Positions 33,116-46,183 of a stretch of 56,495 nucleotides of DNA are shown in pieces. The first letter of the stretch is position 1, and each line of letters begins with the position of its first letter. The position numbers were made by a program, and so were the translations under genes. The notes under the pieces are model-generated. The model saw only the letters and a list, made by a program, of their open reading frames with translations. It was not told the DNA's origin and searched no databases. The stretch spans positions 30,626,368 through 30,682,862 of the forward strand of contig NC_068990.1 in assembly GCF_001194135.2 (NCBI RefSeq), in the 5' to 3' direction. The stretch is from Octopus bimaculoides. Lineage: Eukaryota.

Positions 33116-36100
33116 ATTAGCAAGCTCAAAACTACACACACCTTGCTAATTTGCATAAAATATTAGCAAGGGAGCTTCTATTTATTTCTTTATTTTGCAT
33201 AAAATCATCATCATCTAATATCCATTTTTTTTCCATGCTGGCATGGATTGGATGGCTTAGTAGGACCTGATGAGCTGCTGAGTTGCATCATGCACCAATG
33301 TCACCTTTGGCATGGTTTCTACAGCTTGATGCCCTTCCTAAATAAATTATTTTTATTCACTTCTGTTCAAAATATATCTGGTTTTATTTATTTCTACTAG
33401 AAAAATTAGGACTTAAATTTATTTTTTATTCATATCAGACTCAAACCAACTACATTTAGCATGTATATCTAGCACAAGTACTCTTAACTATAGAAACTGT
33501 TGTAATTAGTATGACCAGCCACTAGAACCAAACTAAGACTTTCCATTTTCAGAACAGCTGCAAGTTGCTCGATTTGGCTGTATCAGACTGGCTCCTATTA
33601 TGAGTAGCTGGACTTGCTCCACTAAGTCTACTAGAATATAGGAGAATGGGATTAGACAGCTCAAATATCTGTTTTAGTAATGTTGGTGATAGGGTTGTGG
33701 TAGGTTAGCCATCATTGAGCAGATCAATGGCATGTTGCTAATCAATGGAACAACCAAACGTGATCGACAAACTCATTCGTTCTAGAGTGTATTGTGTACC
33801 GTTCTAATGACTCAACTGAGGGAGCCTTTGTGTGGTCACTTGACCTGCTAGAAATAACAACCAAATATCCATTAAATCACACTCTGCCATCTTTAGAAAA
33901 AGATGGAAAAATACATTGAACAGAGATATATGGATATCGTTGTCATCATTTAACGTCCATTTTTCATGCTCACACACAGAGAATGAGATGGTTTGGTCAC
34001 AGATGGAAAAGCGTTCAATAAGGATTCACTCTGCACTCAGCACCTCATACAAAACCAGCATCAATACTAATCAACAATAACATCATCACCAACAACAACA
34101 TTATCAAAACTGCCGATATCAATATTATCAACACTAACACCACCACTGTTAGCAACATTACCAACAATAGTGCGTTGAGCCAGTCATAAACTACGGCAGG
34201 TGTGAGTTGGATCCCGAAGCTTTTTGGCAAATCACAAATAACAAAATTAAATTAACGCCCACGGCCACATTTATCAACAGCCCAAACAATTACCATTTTG
34301 TAAACACATCCTGACCAATTAAATAAATTATACAACTTCAAAACTTATCTGTTTGAGGTTTTCCCCAGATGACCCACAGCTTAGGCAAAAATATCAAGAT
34401 AAACATTTCATCAATTTTCCTTTCAAGGTTCATTCTTTTCTGTTGTCAACCAACGTCAATCAATGAAGACTGAAGAAACAAGACTCATCACCCAAACCCA
34501 CCATGACAACAACGTTTGAATTTGCAGACAGAACGGATCAATTTGAACCTGCAGACATTCCCAGACAGCCACGCTGCACCTCGAAGGCGGCGGCATGTCA
34601 GGATGTGGAGCGTGGTTCCAGACAAAACTGAAATCTGCCATCTCCAAAGTGCTGGGCCTCCTCTAGATGACGCACCCAAAATGTTCGATTTAACTGACTT
34701 CATTCGTTAGATTGATCTCTTTAAGCCAGCGCTGATTAGATTCACATTTGCAGCAAAAATACCACCACCACCACCATCATCATTATTACTACTACTACTA
34801 CCATAACTAGGTTTGTGTATAATATATAAACTGTTAAAGACATGAATATCACAACTTCCTGTGTTTTCCTTCTGAGGATTTAAGCATAAAATACAATAAT
34901 GGATGAGAGGATACTCTTATTACATGGATTTATAAAGGCATGGGAAGTTGGAATGTTCATGCTTTTCAAGGTCATTAACGACGCAAATTATACACATAAA
35001 GAAGCCAGGCAGACAGTGAATGACGAGAAAGCGGAGAGGGCGACCGAATGGAATAAAATAGGAGGAAAGAAAGAGAGGAAAATGAAAAGAGTAAGAATGA
35101 GAGGGTGAAAAAAGAAAGGGAGGGAGGCAGGGCCAGACAGACATGACGGGGAGAAGGGAGGCCAAAAGCTCCATCATAACAAACTGCAGACAACGTAAAC
35201 AGTGGATTCCTTTGCTTCGAATTTAATCTAGCAGTAGGCAAGTGGCGGCATTAATGGTAGGGTGGTGCTGGGAATCTATACAGATCAAAAACCATGTCTA
35301 GCTTGCATGTGAATATGGTGATTGAGTAATAGCAAAACAGACAAGGGAAAGAGGGAAGAAAGACAAGGGAACAGTAAGGAGGGGGGGGGGAATATGTCTA
35401 CGAAGCAATCACCATGGCAAAGTCAATAATAATAATAATAATAGAAAAAAATGGGAAGAGAAACGGTGTATATGTGAGGCAAGCAAATGAAGCAGACAGT
35501 TGATCGCCTTCTTTCGTAGCAGAATTAAATCTTATAACATGTGACCAATGACTGCTGCAAGAGGAAAATAATAACAGAGACTAAAACATTGTATTAACGA
35601 ACCTACCAAGCCACTAATTTCTTTACTACGTTCCCTGGAAATATTAATATCTTTTGTTTTCGTATATAAACATGTAAATTATAAGAAAGAAGAAAATAAT
35701 AACAGGAAGGTTGTAAAACATTGTCAGTCTGAACTTCCTTTCGTTGTTTAGTAAGGAATTGATTTAATAAACGGAGAAATGCCCTCAATAAGTTTGTTTA
35801 TTCCTTCTGCAACGAAGGAAAATAAACAGACCAAAAAAAAAAGTAGTGAAATATTATGTGGATGAAAGGGAAAATAATGAAAAAAAAGCAAACAAGCAAG
35901 ATTTAAAAAGGAGGATTGGGACAAAAAGATGAAGTAACAATTCTCATGAGTAATATTAAGCAGTGTTAGTAAAGCTAAAGCAGGCCATCATTGCTTACTT
36001 GTAGACTAAAAGTAAATTAACACCCAAACAACAACCTTGGTTGGTTTTAGAACAGTAAAAAGAGACAAGAAGAGGTTATGGAACAAGAACAGTTGCATTA

Positions 36101-36236
36101 ATGAAGACGGTGTGTGTTAGTGCCTCGTAATTTAAAACCAAAACAACATCAAGTTAATCCACAACAGTAAACTTGGTCAACTGTAATTGTTATGTACATC
36201 AATGAAACACAAAATATATAGACGTGCAAATAGCTA

Positions 36237-36274
<38 letters not shown>

Positions 36275-36591
36275 GTTTCTCGGTGTGCATACGAATGCAG
36301 TTGTGTGCAGCTTGAAGTTGTTTTGTTGGAATCATCAGAAACANNNNNNNNNNTTTTTTTCTTTTTCCAATCAGCTTATGCAAAAACATTTTTGTTCGTT
36401 CGGTAAAAACACATACAAACATCCCTCATATATATACATATATGTGTGTGTGTGTGTGTGTGTGTACACAACGATGCGGCTGAAAAGGAATAAAGAAAAC
36501 AAGGAAATGCACGAGAATAGATAGAAGATTTAGGAATCACTAGCGGGATAGCTACTCAAGGGTTTCTGGATCCACTGGAAAAGCCACTTAC

Positions 36592-36661
36592 CTAAGGTGT
36601 CATACACATGCAACAACCAAATAACCAGCTGCACACAAAATACATTAACAAAGTCCGCCAT
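36592..36661 (-). CDS. TGFBR1: Type I receptor coding exon 1 (signal peptide)
   Basis: Strong Kozak atcATGG; encodes MADFVNVFCVQLVIWLLHVYDTL(G); consensus donor G|GTAAGT in phase 1, matching exon 2 (T-L-G|LLCSC fits the -3/-1 signal peptidase rule). It lies in a locally CpG-rich patch. Not in the ORF track because it is short. Implied intron 1 is 21,130 nt. Confidence 0.82.
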
Positions 36662-36667
36662 GATAGC

Positions 36668-36745
36668 TTACTGAAACTGACAAATATTTCTCCCACAAGT
36701 CATTGCGCGGCTGCGTGTAAAGCTTCCGGAGTCGGCGGCAGCCAT
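36668..36745 (-). other. Upstream ORF, 25 aa (MAAADSGSFTRSRAMTCGRNICQFQ*), in frame with the receptor ATG
   Basis: agaATGG context; TAA at 36668-36670; 6 nt (GCTATC) before the main ATG. Whether it is in the mRNA depends on the unknown TSS. Confidence 0.55.
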
Positions 36746-36790
36746 TCTGTGTAGACTTTTGTCAGTGTTAATATGCCAGACAGTCTTTTC
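36690..36790 (-). promoter_or_regulatory. Probable TATA-less promoter/5'UTR of the receptor gene
   Basis: CpG-rich patch with an ETS-type CCGGAAG (36723-36729) and a YY1-like AGAATGGCTGCC, immediately upstream of exon 1. Confidence 0.5.
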
Positions 36791-38289
36791 ATAGACGATA
36801 TATTAACTGAATATATTCCTATGCAAGATACGTAATCTTAAAGATATAATAGAGCTGAAGAGAATAGCAGACTTAGAAAACAAACTTAAACGTAATATGC
36901 TAATGCTGGCGTGCACCTTTCCCTCGTTTAATGATCCAAGTTTGCTTTAAGATATTGGAAATTTGTCCATATCTGAATAATAGGAATCATACATATAGTT
37001 CTAATTGTTTATTATATTATTTTATTGCATCTGTTTGTTGCCTTAAAAACAACTGTAGTTTTATTATGTATTTTGTTTCTTTTCCAGAGGATAATGAATG
37101 CAGTTTGGAAATGACAAATGTAAAACCATTTACTTTGAGACCAATATATTACTGGTTACTCATGTTTTCCTCATCAAAGAAAAATCATTCTATACAAAAT
37201 CTGAAATGTCCTACTTTTGCTATTTATAATTACCATTCTCTCCATGGATTTATCAACTTTTTCACTCACTACTGCCAGTTATCCTTTATAACCCAAGTTT
37301 TTTTTTTTTTTACATAGACTGTATCCCGTCTAGTATCGATTAAATGATAAATAAAAAAAATAGGATCTTTTCAATTTGACAGCCAGATTTTTTTATTAAT
37401 TTTATTTAACTAAACACTTTGAAACGTCGGATACTTGTAGAGTGTGTCACATAGAACAGGGTTTACTCTTAATGTTTTTGACAAAATTTTGTATTTTAGA
37501 AGTTATTTCATGTTAAAGTCGTATTTGGGTAATTTTAACCAATCAATGACGTGTATTCAGCTGAAGAAAATTACTGCTGCTGTTTGCAAACAGCAACTTC
37601 TGGGTCCACTCCCCTAACAAAACCCTTCTTTAATAACCAGAGATGTTTTTATAGCAGGTCCGTGAACATGTTAAGCTGGCAGACCTTTCAGTATCCTGGG
37701 GTCGGTGGGAAAACTCATTTGAATAAAAGGGGTCCATGGTAGTGAAAAGGTTGGGAACCTCTACTACAGCAATCAACATCTTACAACCACAAATACATTG
37801 TTAAGTACCACTGCAACCACCTCATCTCGCACACAGTACCACATTCACTAAAACAACATCACATTCAACATAATACTATGACAGGTACTACTACAATAGA
37901 ATTACAGTTGCTACAACACAACAATATCATAGACATTTTCATGTTTCTCTCGCATAACTAACTGATCATTCTAGTTATTACAATACAGCTAGGGGCCATC
38001 ACCACTCTGCTACACGTCCCACTGCAACCTATACTAAGATCATCCCAACCATTAACACACCACTACAGTCATATCAAAACATCCCAAACAGTACTACAGC
38101 TGTCACTATATTTCTGTATATACAACCACCAGTTTCATTCATAATACTGAGACTACCACTGCATTGCTACAGACTAAACCCTGCTCATCACTACAGTTCC
38201 CATCACAGTTTTCTTTGCAACTGCAATTGTTATCCTCACACTGCAGTCTCTGTCAAACATCTACAGTCAATTATCACACAACAATAGGG

Positions 38290-38500
38290 CAGCAAGCCGG
38301 CAGAAACGTTAGCACCCCAGGCGAAATGCTCAGCGGTATTTCATCTGTCTTTACGTTCTGAGTTTAAATTCCGCTGAGGTTGACTTTGCCTTTCATCGTT
38401 TCAGGATTAATAAATTAAGTACCAGTTTGTGTACTGGAGTCAACCTAATCGACTCATCCCCTCCCCAAAAATTTCAGGCCTTGTGCCTAGATTAGAAAAG
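38290..38500 (+). mobile_element. SINE family D copy
   Basis: GCAAGCCGGCAGAAACGTTAGCACC...GAGTTTAAATTCCGCTGAGGTTGACTTTGCCTTTCATC. Confidence 0.8.
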
Positions 38501-38849
38501 ATTATCACACAACAATAGAAACTGTATACACTGTTGCTGGATCATGTAAACCACCAGATAACAGTGAGTTGACATGCTTTTAATAACCACTAATACCACC
38601 AGCACACCATAATCATCACTACCGACCCATTTCTGTAGCTACTACCATCAAGAGATATCTCTGCAGTTAATCACGAGAAAGAAGTAACAGTGGCCCCAGC
38701 GTTTTCAGCCCCTCCCTTACGCTAATGGTGGTGGTGGGAGAGGTTGATTGGAACAACTTGCTGAGATTAACTGTTCTTGCTTTGCTTTAATTAATTTTGT
38801 AAATAACGAAGAATTTAGTAAAATAAATGTCATTCGTCAGCTTGTGCAA

Positions 38850-39058
38850 GGTGGTGTACTGGCAGAATCATTACTGTGCTGGACAAAATGCTGCCGAGCA
38901 ATTTGTCCATATTTACATTCTGAGTTCAAATTCCACGGAGATTGACTTTGCCTTTCATCCTTTCAGGGTCAAAGTGCCAGTTACGCACTGGGGTTGATGA
39001 AATCAACTACCCTCTTCCCCAAAATTTCAGATCTTGTGCTTATAGTAGAAAGGAATTA
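38850..39058 (+). mobile_element. SINE family D copy
   Basis: GAGTTCAAATTCCACGGAGATTGACTTTGCCTTTCATCCTTTCAGGG. Confidence 0.75.
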
Positions 39059-39444
39059 GTTGATGTTTTGGACATAAATTAATATGAAATTTTGATGAAA
39101 AATTTTAATTTGGATCGCTTTAAAATAGGAAAATTGAGTCATAGAACCATCACCAATGCTTTTGACACAGCACCATCACCAGTGCTTTTCACATGGCACC
39201 AACACTGACAGGATCAACAAGTTCCTTGCAAGATAAGAACCCCCTCAACTGGGAGTGGGGATTAGTGTTGAGTTGGGTGTGGTTTTGTGCCAGGTTTCAT
39301 ATGCATGAAGATTCTCCTGAAGATGATGTTTGTGAGTGACACAATCGATTAGTATTATCAGGTGAGAGTGTTGGTGGAAGAGATCAGTGATGGTCCATCA
39401 ATATCATCATCATCATTGCCATTTAATGTTCATTTTCCATAGTA

Positions 39445-39752
39445 TGTGTAGCACCTTGGATAAGTGTCTTCTACTATAGCTCTGGGCTGACCAAAGCCTT
39501 GTGAGTGGATTCAATAGATGGAAACTGAAAGAAGCCTGTCATATTTATGTGTGTGTGTCTTTGTCTGCCACTACCGCTTGACAACTGGTGTTGGTGTGTT
39601 AGCATCCTTGCAACTTAGCTAACTTAGTGGTTTGACAAAAAGGAACTGATAGAGTAAGTACCAGGGTCGATTCACTTGACTAAAAATTCTTCAAGGCTGT
39701 GCTACAGTATGGCTGCAATCTGATGATTGAAACAAATAAAAGAGTAAAAGAA
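39445..39752 (+). mobile_element. SINE family B, 5'-truncated
   Basis: CACCTTGGATAAGTGTCTTCTACTATAGC...GGAAACTGAAAGAAGCC and tail. Confidence 0.75.
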
Positions 39753-40924
39753 AATCTTGCAACCAATCTCCAGCTTGTTTGCTCTCCTTCTTGCATTGCC
39801 TATATTTCTTCGGTTCCCATTCTGTTGGTTGCAAGAACTAAAAATGATCTGAATTTGTGGTACAAGGCCAGTGGACAAAAGTGATATAGAAACACTCATG
39901 GGTTTACTCTAACTGTAAAATGTGCCACTTGTTGGGGTAAATTCCACCCCTGAGGGCTGAGTCTGTAACCCAGGAAGTCATGTTGACTTACACACAGAAA
40001 TTTGCATGTACTATTAAAGATTATGTTAAAGCAGTGAGTTAGCAAAACCGTTAACATCCCAGGCAAAATGATAAGAAGCGTTTTTTCTGTCTTTATGATA
40101 TTTATATATTAAATGCAAATGTTTCATATATGTTATAAGGTCATCTTTAATGTGAAAGGGTATGACCAGTGCCTCCCTTTCCAGAGTTTAATGCTGAAGA
40201 GAAGATATAACTACTCTGAAATTCATGTGTCTATCTCTCTACGTAGGAAGCACTTCAACCTGATCCAGTGTGTTTACACCTATTTGTCAACAGCAAGAAT
40301 TTTTCTCCATGACAAAATACAGTGGCTTTCTTCTTCTTCTTCTTCATTTAACATTTACCTTCCATGTTGGACAATAGGTTCAAATATGTATCAAGCACAT
40401 TTGAGCTGGCAGTTAGTTTATATTTGTGCATATCACTGGTTAACGCTTCTAATCTGTAATTTTTTTTGTGTCATATTAACAAAATTTATTTTTGTGCAGG
40501 AAGTATTTATTTTTAAATATGCTCTCGGTTGATCTATGATGCTTGGAACACAGATAAATAATGCTGTTTCCAACTTTTGTCATTGCTGTCACCATTACTG
40601 GGTTGTTTTTTTTTCTTTCCTTCAATATGAGAAAATTTTTAAACGATGTTTGCTGGTGTTTATTCTTTCAGTTGTTTCAGTCATTTGGTTGTGGCAATAC
40701 TGGAGCACTGCCTTGATTGTACATTTGTTTTTTGTTTTTTTTAATTTGTAAGACACTTCCCTTTAAAGGGGCTTCAGAACCTGCTTCATAGCTTCCCTGA
40801 CAGCATCCACACACCTTAGGAGATATTTTCATGATGTGAACACACGGTTCAAATAGCAATCAAACTATGACCATGATGCATATCACATTCAGTATTAGCT
40901 TATCCTGAATCTCTTATCTTTTAC

Positions 40925-41212
40925 TTGCGTCTGTCATCAGATTGTGGCCATGCTTTGAAGAATTTTTGGTCAAATGAATTGACCCAGTGCATATTTTTTG
41001 TGTAAAACCTGGTACTTATTCTATTTTGCTGAACTACTGACTTATGGGGATGTAAACACACCAACACTTTCAGTTTCTATCTACCAAGTTCACTCACAAA
41101 GCTTGGGTCAGCTCAATGCTATAGTAGAAGACACTTGCCCAAGGTGCCATGCAGTGGGGTGAACCCAGAACAATGAGGTTGGGAAGCAAATGTCTTACCA
41201 CACAAACACCTA
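40925..41212 (-). mobile_element. SINE family B copy
   Basis: Reverse-complement head GAAGACACTTGCCCAAGGTGCCATGCAGTGGGG. Confidence 0.7.
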
Positions 41213-42569
41213 CATATTTAAATATTTTTTGAGAAAGATTTAGTTGAAATCTCTTAAAGGTCAGGTTACAGTGTAGGATTCTTTGCACTTGGTATTCAAA
41301 TAATACAGCTAACAAAAGAGGTGACCTAAAAAAACATCACCATGAAACTCTCCTTATATCTGTGGTGGAAAAAGTAGACAGGAAAATAAACTGGCTTTAT
41401 TTTGGTTAATGTCTTTGTACACTGAGGAACATGAGAGTGCTCATGAAGAAGAAAACAAAATGCCCGATCTTAACTCAAACAAGCAGGGATTGGGTTCCAA
41501 CGGTCCAACAGCGAAGTACACCCTGGCTTTTTTTTCTTCTCTGCACACAAGTGCCACTTCTTTTGTCATCTAGTTCATTACATCCTTCACTTATCTAAAA
41601 ATCACTTCATGCACCAGCAAACTAAGAAATTAACCAACTAAAGACAATTTTTATCTACAATAACTTCCATTTCTAAGTAGAACTTATTTTTACTTTTCCT
41701 CACCGTTTTACATACTGAAAAAAAGATTTCTTTTTTAAGAATCGTCATCTCCGTATTTTTAAGGGTGGAATCTCCCACTCCACCCTTCACATTTTTTTCG
41801 AAAAATAGTTAAAAATCAAAAGTTTAGTAAGTCGAGAAAACTGAAAATTTATAAAGCCTTTTTCTTTGGCAAAATTGAAATATCTGATGTTGGAAACCTT
41901 CAGTTTGTGATCATAGACCGAAAGATTACCGTGTACTGTATACACACTAATAATTAAACACTATATATTGTTTAGCAATGGTCTTTCAACCACTTGGTAA
42001 CTAAGTTTGTTAGCGTCAACATTGTTCAATATATTTACTTAGACAAGTCACAACAGGTATCTTCTAAAGTCTATTATTTCAATGAAATTTTATTAAAAAG
42101 TTCAGTGATATTCATTTTCGTCTTCACCAAAACAATTTTACTTTTCAACAGTTGCACTTCAGCTTGTCAACCCACTCCCCATAGAGCAGCTACATCACTT
42201 TTACCAATTAGTGAACAATATTTCGTTAGAATTATTTCATCTTGACTTTCGATACTTTTTTTTTAATAAATATTTAAGAGTTATTTCAATAATTAACGCT
42301 TCTATATTTCTTTAAAATGTCTATTCTGTACCATCTTTTGAAGGATATTCGGCTGCCATTTCTAGCAGGTCGAGACTTGTAGGAAGGTGTTAGACGGAAA
42401 AAAAAGCGAAAAACGAAATGGTTTCAGGAAAGTGAGACATTGGACTAGGATCAAAATTTCAAGGTGGAAAATTATTCACAGGATCAATAGAAAGTTGTTT
42501 TTTTTGCTATTTGCTGGGTCCGAAGGGGTCGCACCCATAGCTTCTGCGGGGCTTTTTTCTAATCTAGAC

Positions 42570-42746
42570 CAATGCTCCGCAACCGGTATGCCGCAGCACA
42601 CTGGTGTCTCACGAGATGACGCTAGGTGTGCAGCAATGTGTAACCCGAATATAATTTTTTCCCCTATACTTTTAGTTCAGGTGTGCCACCGAATTTTGAA
42701 AAAAAGCATAAGCGTACCGCAAGTGAAAACAAGTCGAGGAGCATTA
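42570..42746. mobile_element. hAT (Charlie/Buster-type) MITE, about 177 bp
   Basis: TIRs CAATGCTCCGCAAC / GTCGAGGAGCATTA; subterminal GCCGCAGCACACTGGTGT; left flank ATCTAGAC fits the NTCTAGAN target, and the right flank GGGTAGAC shares 5 of 8 nt. Confidence 0.6.
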
Positions 42747-42894
42747 GGGTAGACCACTGAAATAGATAGGTTTCGGTTTTGAACTTCGATATCAACACCT
42801 ACCGGAAAGACAGAGATCTGGGCATCCTGATCAGTGGTTGGCCAAGAGGGTTGGAGTTGGACACAAGGTCAGGAGATTACAAAAAAAAAAGACT

Positions 42895-43170
42895 GACACT
42901 CCGTCGGTTACGACGATGAGTGTTCCAGTTGATCCGAACAACGGGACAACCTGCTCGTGACATTAACATGCAAATGGCTGAGTACTCCAGAGACGTGTAC
43001 CCTTATTGTACAGGGAGATTCAGGTTGACAAGGTTGGTCATTTGAATTACAGGTACAACTCATTTTTGCTAGCTGAGTGGACTGGAGCAATGAGAAATAA
43101 AGTGTCTTGCACAAGGACACAACACGCCACTGGCTATCGAACTCACGAGCGTGAACCAAACACCTTAACC
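42895..43170 (-). mobile_element. SINE family C copy
   Basis: GACACTCCGTCGGTTACGACGATGAG.GTTCCAGTTGATCCG reverse-complement tail. Confidence 0.8.
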
Positions 43171-46131
43171 GATAAGAGTTGAAAGGGATCGGAACAGAAG
43201 GGGCGTGAGCCCAGCTGGTTCCGTGGAGCAGAGGACATTAGAGTAGTGGTAGAGAGAGGAGACAGAGCTAATCAGTGGATCAACGGCTGGAGTAGGTCTT
43301 TTGAATTACTTTGTACCAATCGGAAAGTTGATCCTTTCGTGAATGCGGTTTTGGGTGTCAACCTACAATAGCAATACTATCTTAGATATGAAAGAAACAC
43401 TACCTTAAGGGCCTCAGTTGAGCTTTGGAGAATATCAATATTTGCTGCGAATTTGAGAAGCGTTTGTTTTCTTGCTGTTGTCCAGAGAAACAAGTTCGGA
43501 GGATGACTTCAAAGAGTTAGTGTGTTGGTATATGGTGTCTAGGCTTTAAGTGGCTGATGCAATTATAGGGAGACAACTGACCAACTGATTGATCAATCAG
43601 TTAATTGGTTAAATAATTAACCAGTTGATAAATAAAAAGAAGTGAAATAGAAACAGCGCTTGTATTATTGGCATAATGAGCCTCTCGGAATACAAAGCCT
43701 GTCAACACACAAGTTCACATTAAGAATCTTGAAAATCAAATTTAAAATTTAGAAACAGATTTAACGTCGTTAGGGACCTTACACTGTATCCCTAAGAATA
43801 TGTGATTTATTAATTTTAAAGCGTTTTAATTTTATTCGATGATAATCTATCAAGGACAAGCTTTTCCTTTAAATGATAGTTTATGCCATTTTATAGGTCA
43901 AATGTTTGTTCTTGAGCCAAGAATGTAGTGTTTCTAGACTTTCATTTAATTTCCTTTACTGGACAATCAGACTGCCTTTAGGACTCAGCTGAGGGAAAGG
44001 GTTGCTAGAAATAACAGCCAAATCTCATCTATCACAATGCTTTCAAACGCATGACGTTTGAGCCGGGATTAGTTTTCAAAAGCTGCAACCAAGAGTTGAA
44101 ATGAAACTGGAAAGGTTGCCTTTAAACAAGTTTGGCCAAAGGAGAATCTAAAAGAAACCCCATGGTTTCTCTAAAACAAAGTGTTTAATTCTACCAAAAT
44201 ATAGAAAACTTCATAAATTTGAATGTGAAGACAGATTTTAACGTTTAGACAAATTTTTTTTTAATCTGAAATTCATTTCAAATTTGCGAACCGTTTTTTT
44301 TTTTTTTTTCCCCTTTCTGGCGCAGATTACAAGTTACTTCAAACTTTTCTCATTAGGAAACTATCAGCTTAACAACTTTGGTCTTTATTTGATATCTGTA
44401 GGTCAGCAAGTCTAAGAAGTGACCATCACGGTCAAAGATATCCATTTTGTATACTAATCGAGAGCAGAGTATATACTGCTTTCAATCCCATATTAAGATT
44501 TACTAGACACTTTCAGGGCTCAAAAAAGATATATAGGGCAGAGTTTTACTGCTATTTCTAGCACATGCAAGTTTCACATGTGTCAAATACTTTAAAAGAA
44601 TATTAGCTATATACCACTAAATATATTCACACAAATTACCTTTCATAAATAGCAGCACTGGCTCACACGAAAACCATTCGGTACACAAATCATTAACAGA
44701 GTAGACTTAGCCAATGTTAACAGCAATTATTTCTATTATTTTCACCAAGGAGGAGGACTTCTCCTTTTCACCAGGTAACAGAAATAATAAACATGAATAA
44801 ACCTGCTGAAGACGAGTCTGTTGGAATGTTACAATGTAAATTTATGGTCAACTTCCAGATCTCAAGATAATTTCCTAGTAAGATCTGCTCTCTTTAAAAC
44901 ATCATTCATCACAGGTGAAACAATGTTCTTTAAATAAATGAATTTAAAAGTTCGGTCTTTTATTTTTTTTAACTAAGTTTTTTGTTCCCGGGTGAAGATC
45001 TTTATATTAACCGATAAATCCATAAAATTAAGGTTGAACAATTCAGTTTTTAATAAAAACGATGTTAAAATCAAACTTCCACCGCCACACATTCACAAAC
45101 TATTCTTTTAGGGTTGGAAAATTAATTTACAATAAGTTGTATTAATTTTCACTTCGCCAACTTTGTAATTTTTTTTTCCTTTCATGAAATTCCTGCAGAT
45201 TATCAAAAAGGTGATGACGATTACAGGTGAAGAAATTTTTATTAATAAAAAAAAGAAAAGCTAAATGATGCAATTTATGGAAAACAAAAAAAATTAACAT
45301 AGTTCTAGCCTATTACATATCAATTTTGAGTAATAATACTCTCCAATTTTTCTTAATATTGATGAAAAATAAAAATCAAGATAATATCGTTTCATTAAAT
45401 TGTGAATAATTGATTGCATAGTCTTGCTTTTTATTAAAAAAAAAATCGGTTTCACCAGAAACTCATTAATGACAATATTTCGATTTAAAACAACACCAGG
45501 ACAAACCGAGGAGTGTACAAGCATATATATATAGCTTGATAGTGAAAGATAAACTAGAACGAAATATACAACAGTTATCTTGCAAGTCAGCCACGATAAA
45601 TTATTAATATCAATTAGATTATTCTAGATATATATATCTATACAGGTCTAACCACCTTTAATCATAAATCTGTTAATATCGCCGTATATCATTCAAAAAG
45701 AATGTCACGAAAGCCTATTCAATTTTAGTTTAGTACTGTAAATATATTTTAAGACATACAAAATGTCAAAAAAAAAAGATTTAAGGATAATGAATCGAAA
45801 AGCTGAAATGTATAATCATTTATTGACAAGTTTAAAATAACTAGCACAGGGTCCATCTCTTCTAAATAGAATGAAATGAAAAATCGTTTTATTACAATAT
45901 TTTATGTTGGTTATTTACAAAAGAGACCTTCCTGCAAATATACATTCAGAAATAAAGTCATTGTTCACACATGAACGTCTCTCTTACCTCCGACAGACGG
46001 AGTAAATTAGTTCTGGTATCTTTAAGCGCTGTAATTATTCTTCCTGCGACTCCAAGAGTCGTTCCACAGACCAAAATCATTCCTCAACTACAAGCGCATA
46101 AATCAACTCGAGAACGTCCATAAATACAGAT

Positions 46132-46149
46132 GGTCCTAAAAAAAGAGCC
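46132..46149 (-). terminator. Degenerate histone 3' stem-loop of H2A
   Basis: Minus strand GGCTCT-TTTTTT-AGGACC, 34 nt after the stop codon; C.A mismatch, U.G wobble and a 6-nt loop. Confidence 0.7.
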
Positions 46150-46183
46150 AAATTTTCGATATGCTGTAGTTCCAAGGGAGAGA

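Noticed and set aside
34045-34230. Very hydrophobic ORF as the receptor signal-peptide exon
   Set aside because: It derives from low-complexity TTG/GTG/ATG repeats and has only a weak donor (G|GTTTTG); 36592-36661 is a far better exon 1.
4073-36591. baboon-style mutually exclusive ectodomain exons
   Set aside because: I scanned introns by eye for extra CxCxxC or CCx4-5CN exons with matching phase and found none. N gaps could hide some, so this is not fully excluded.
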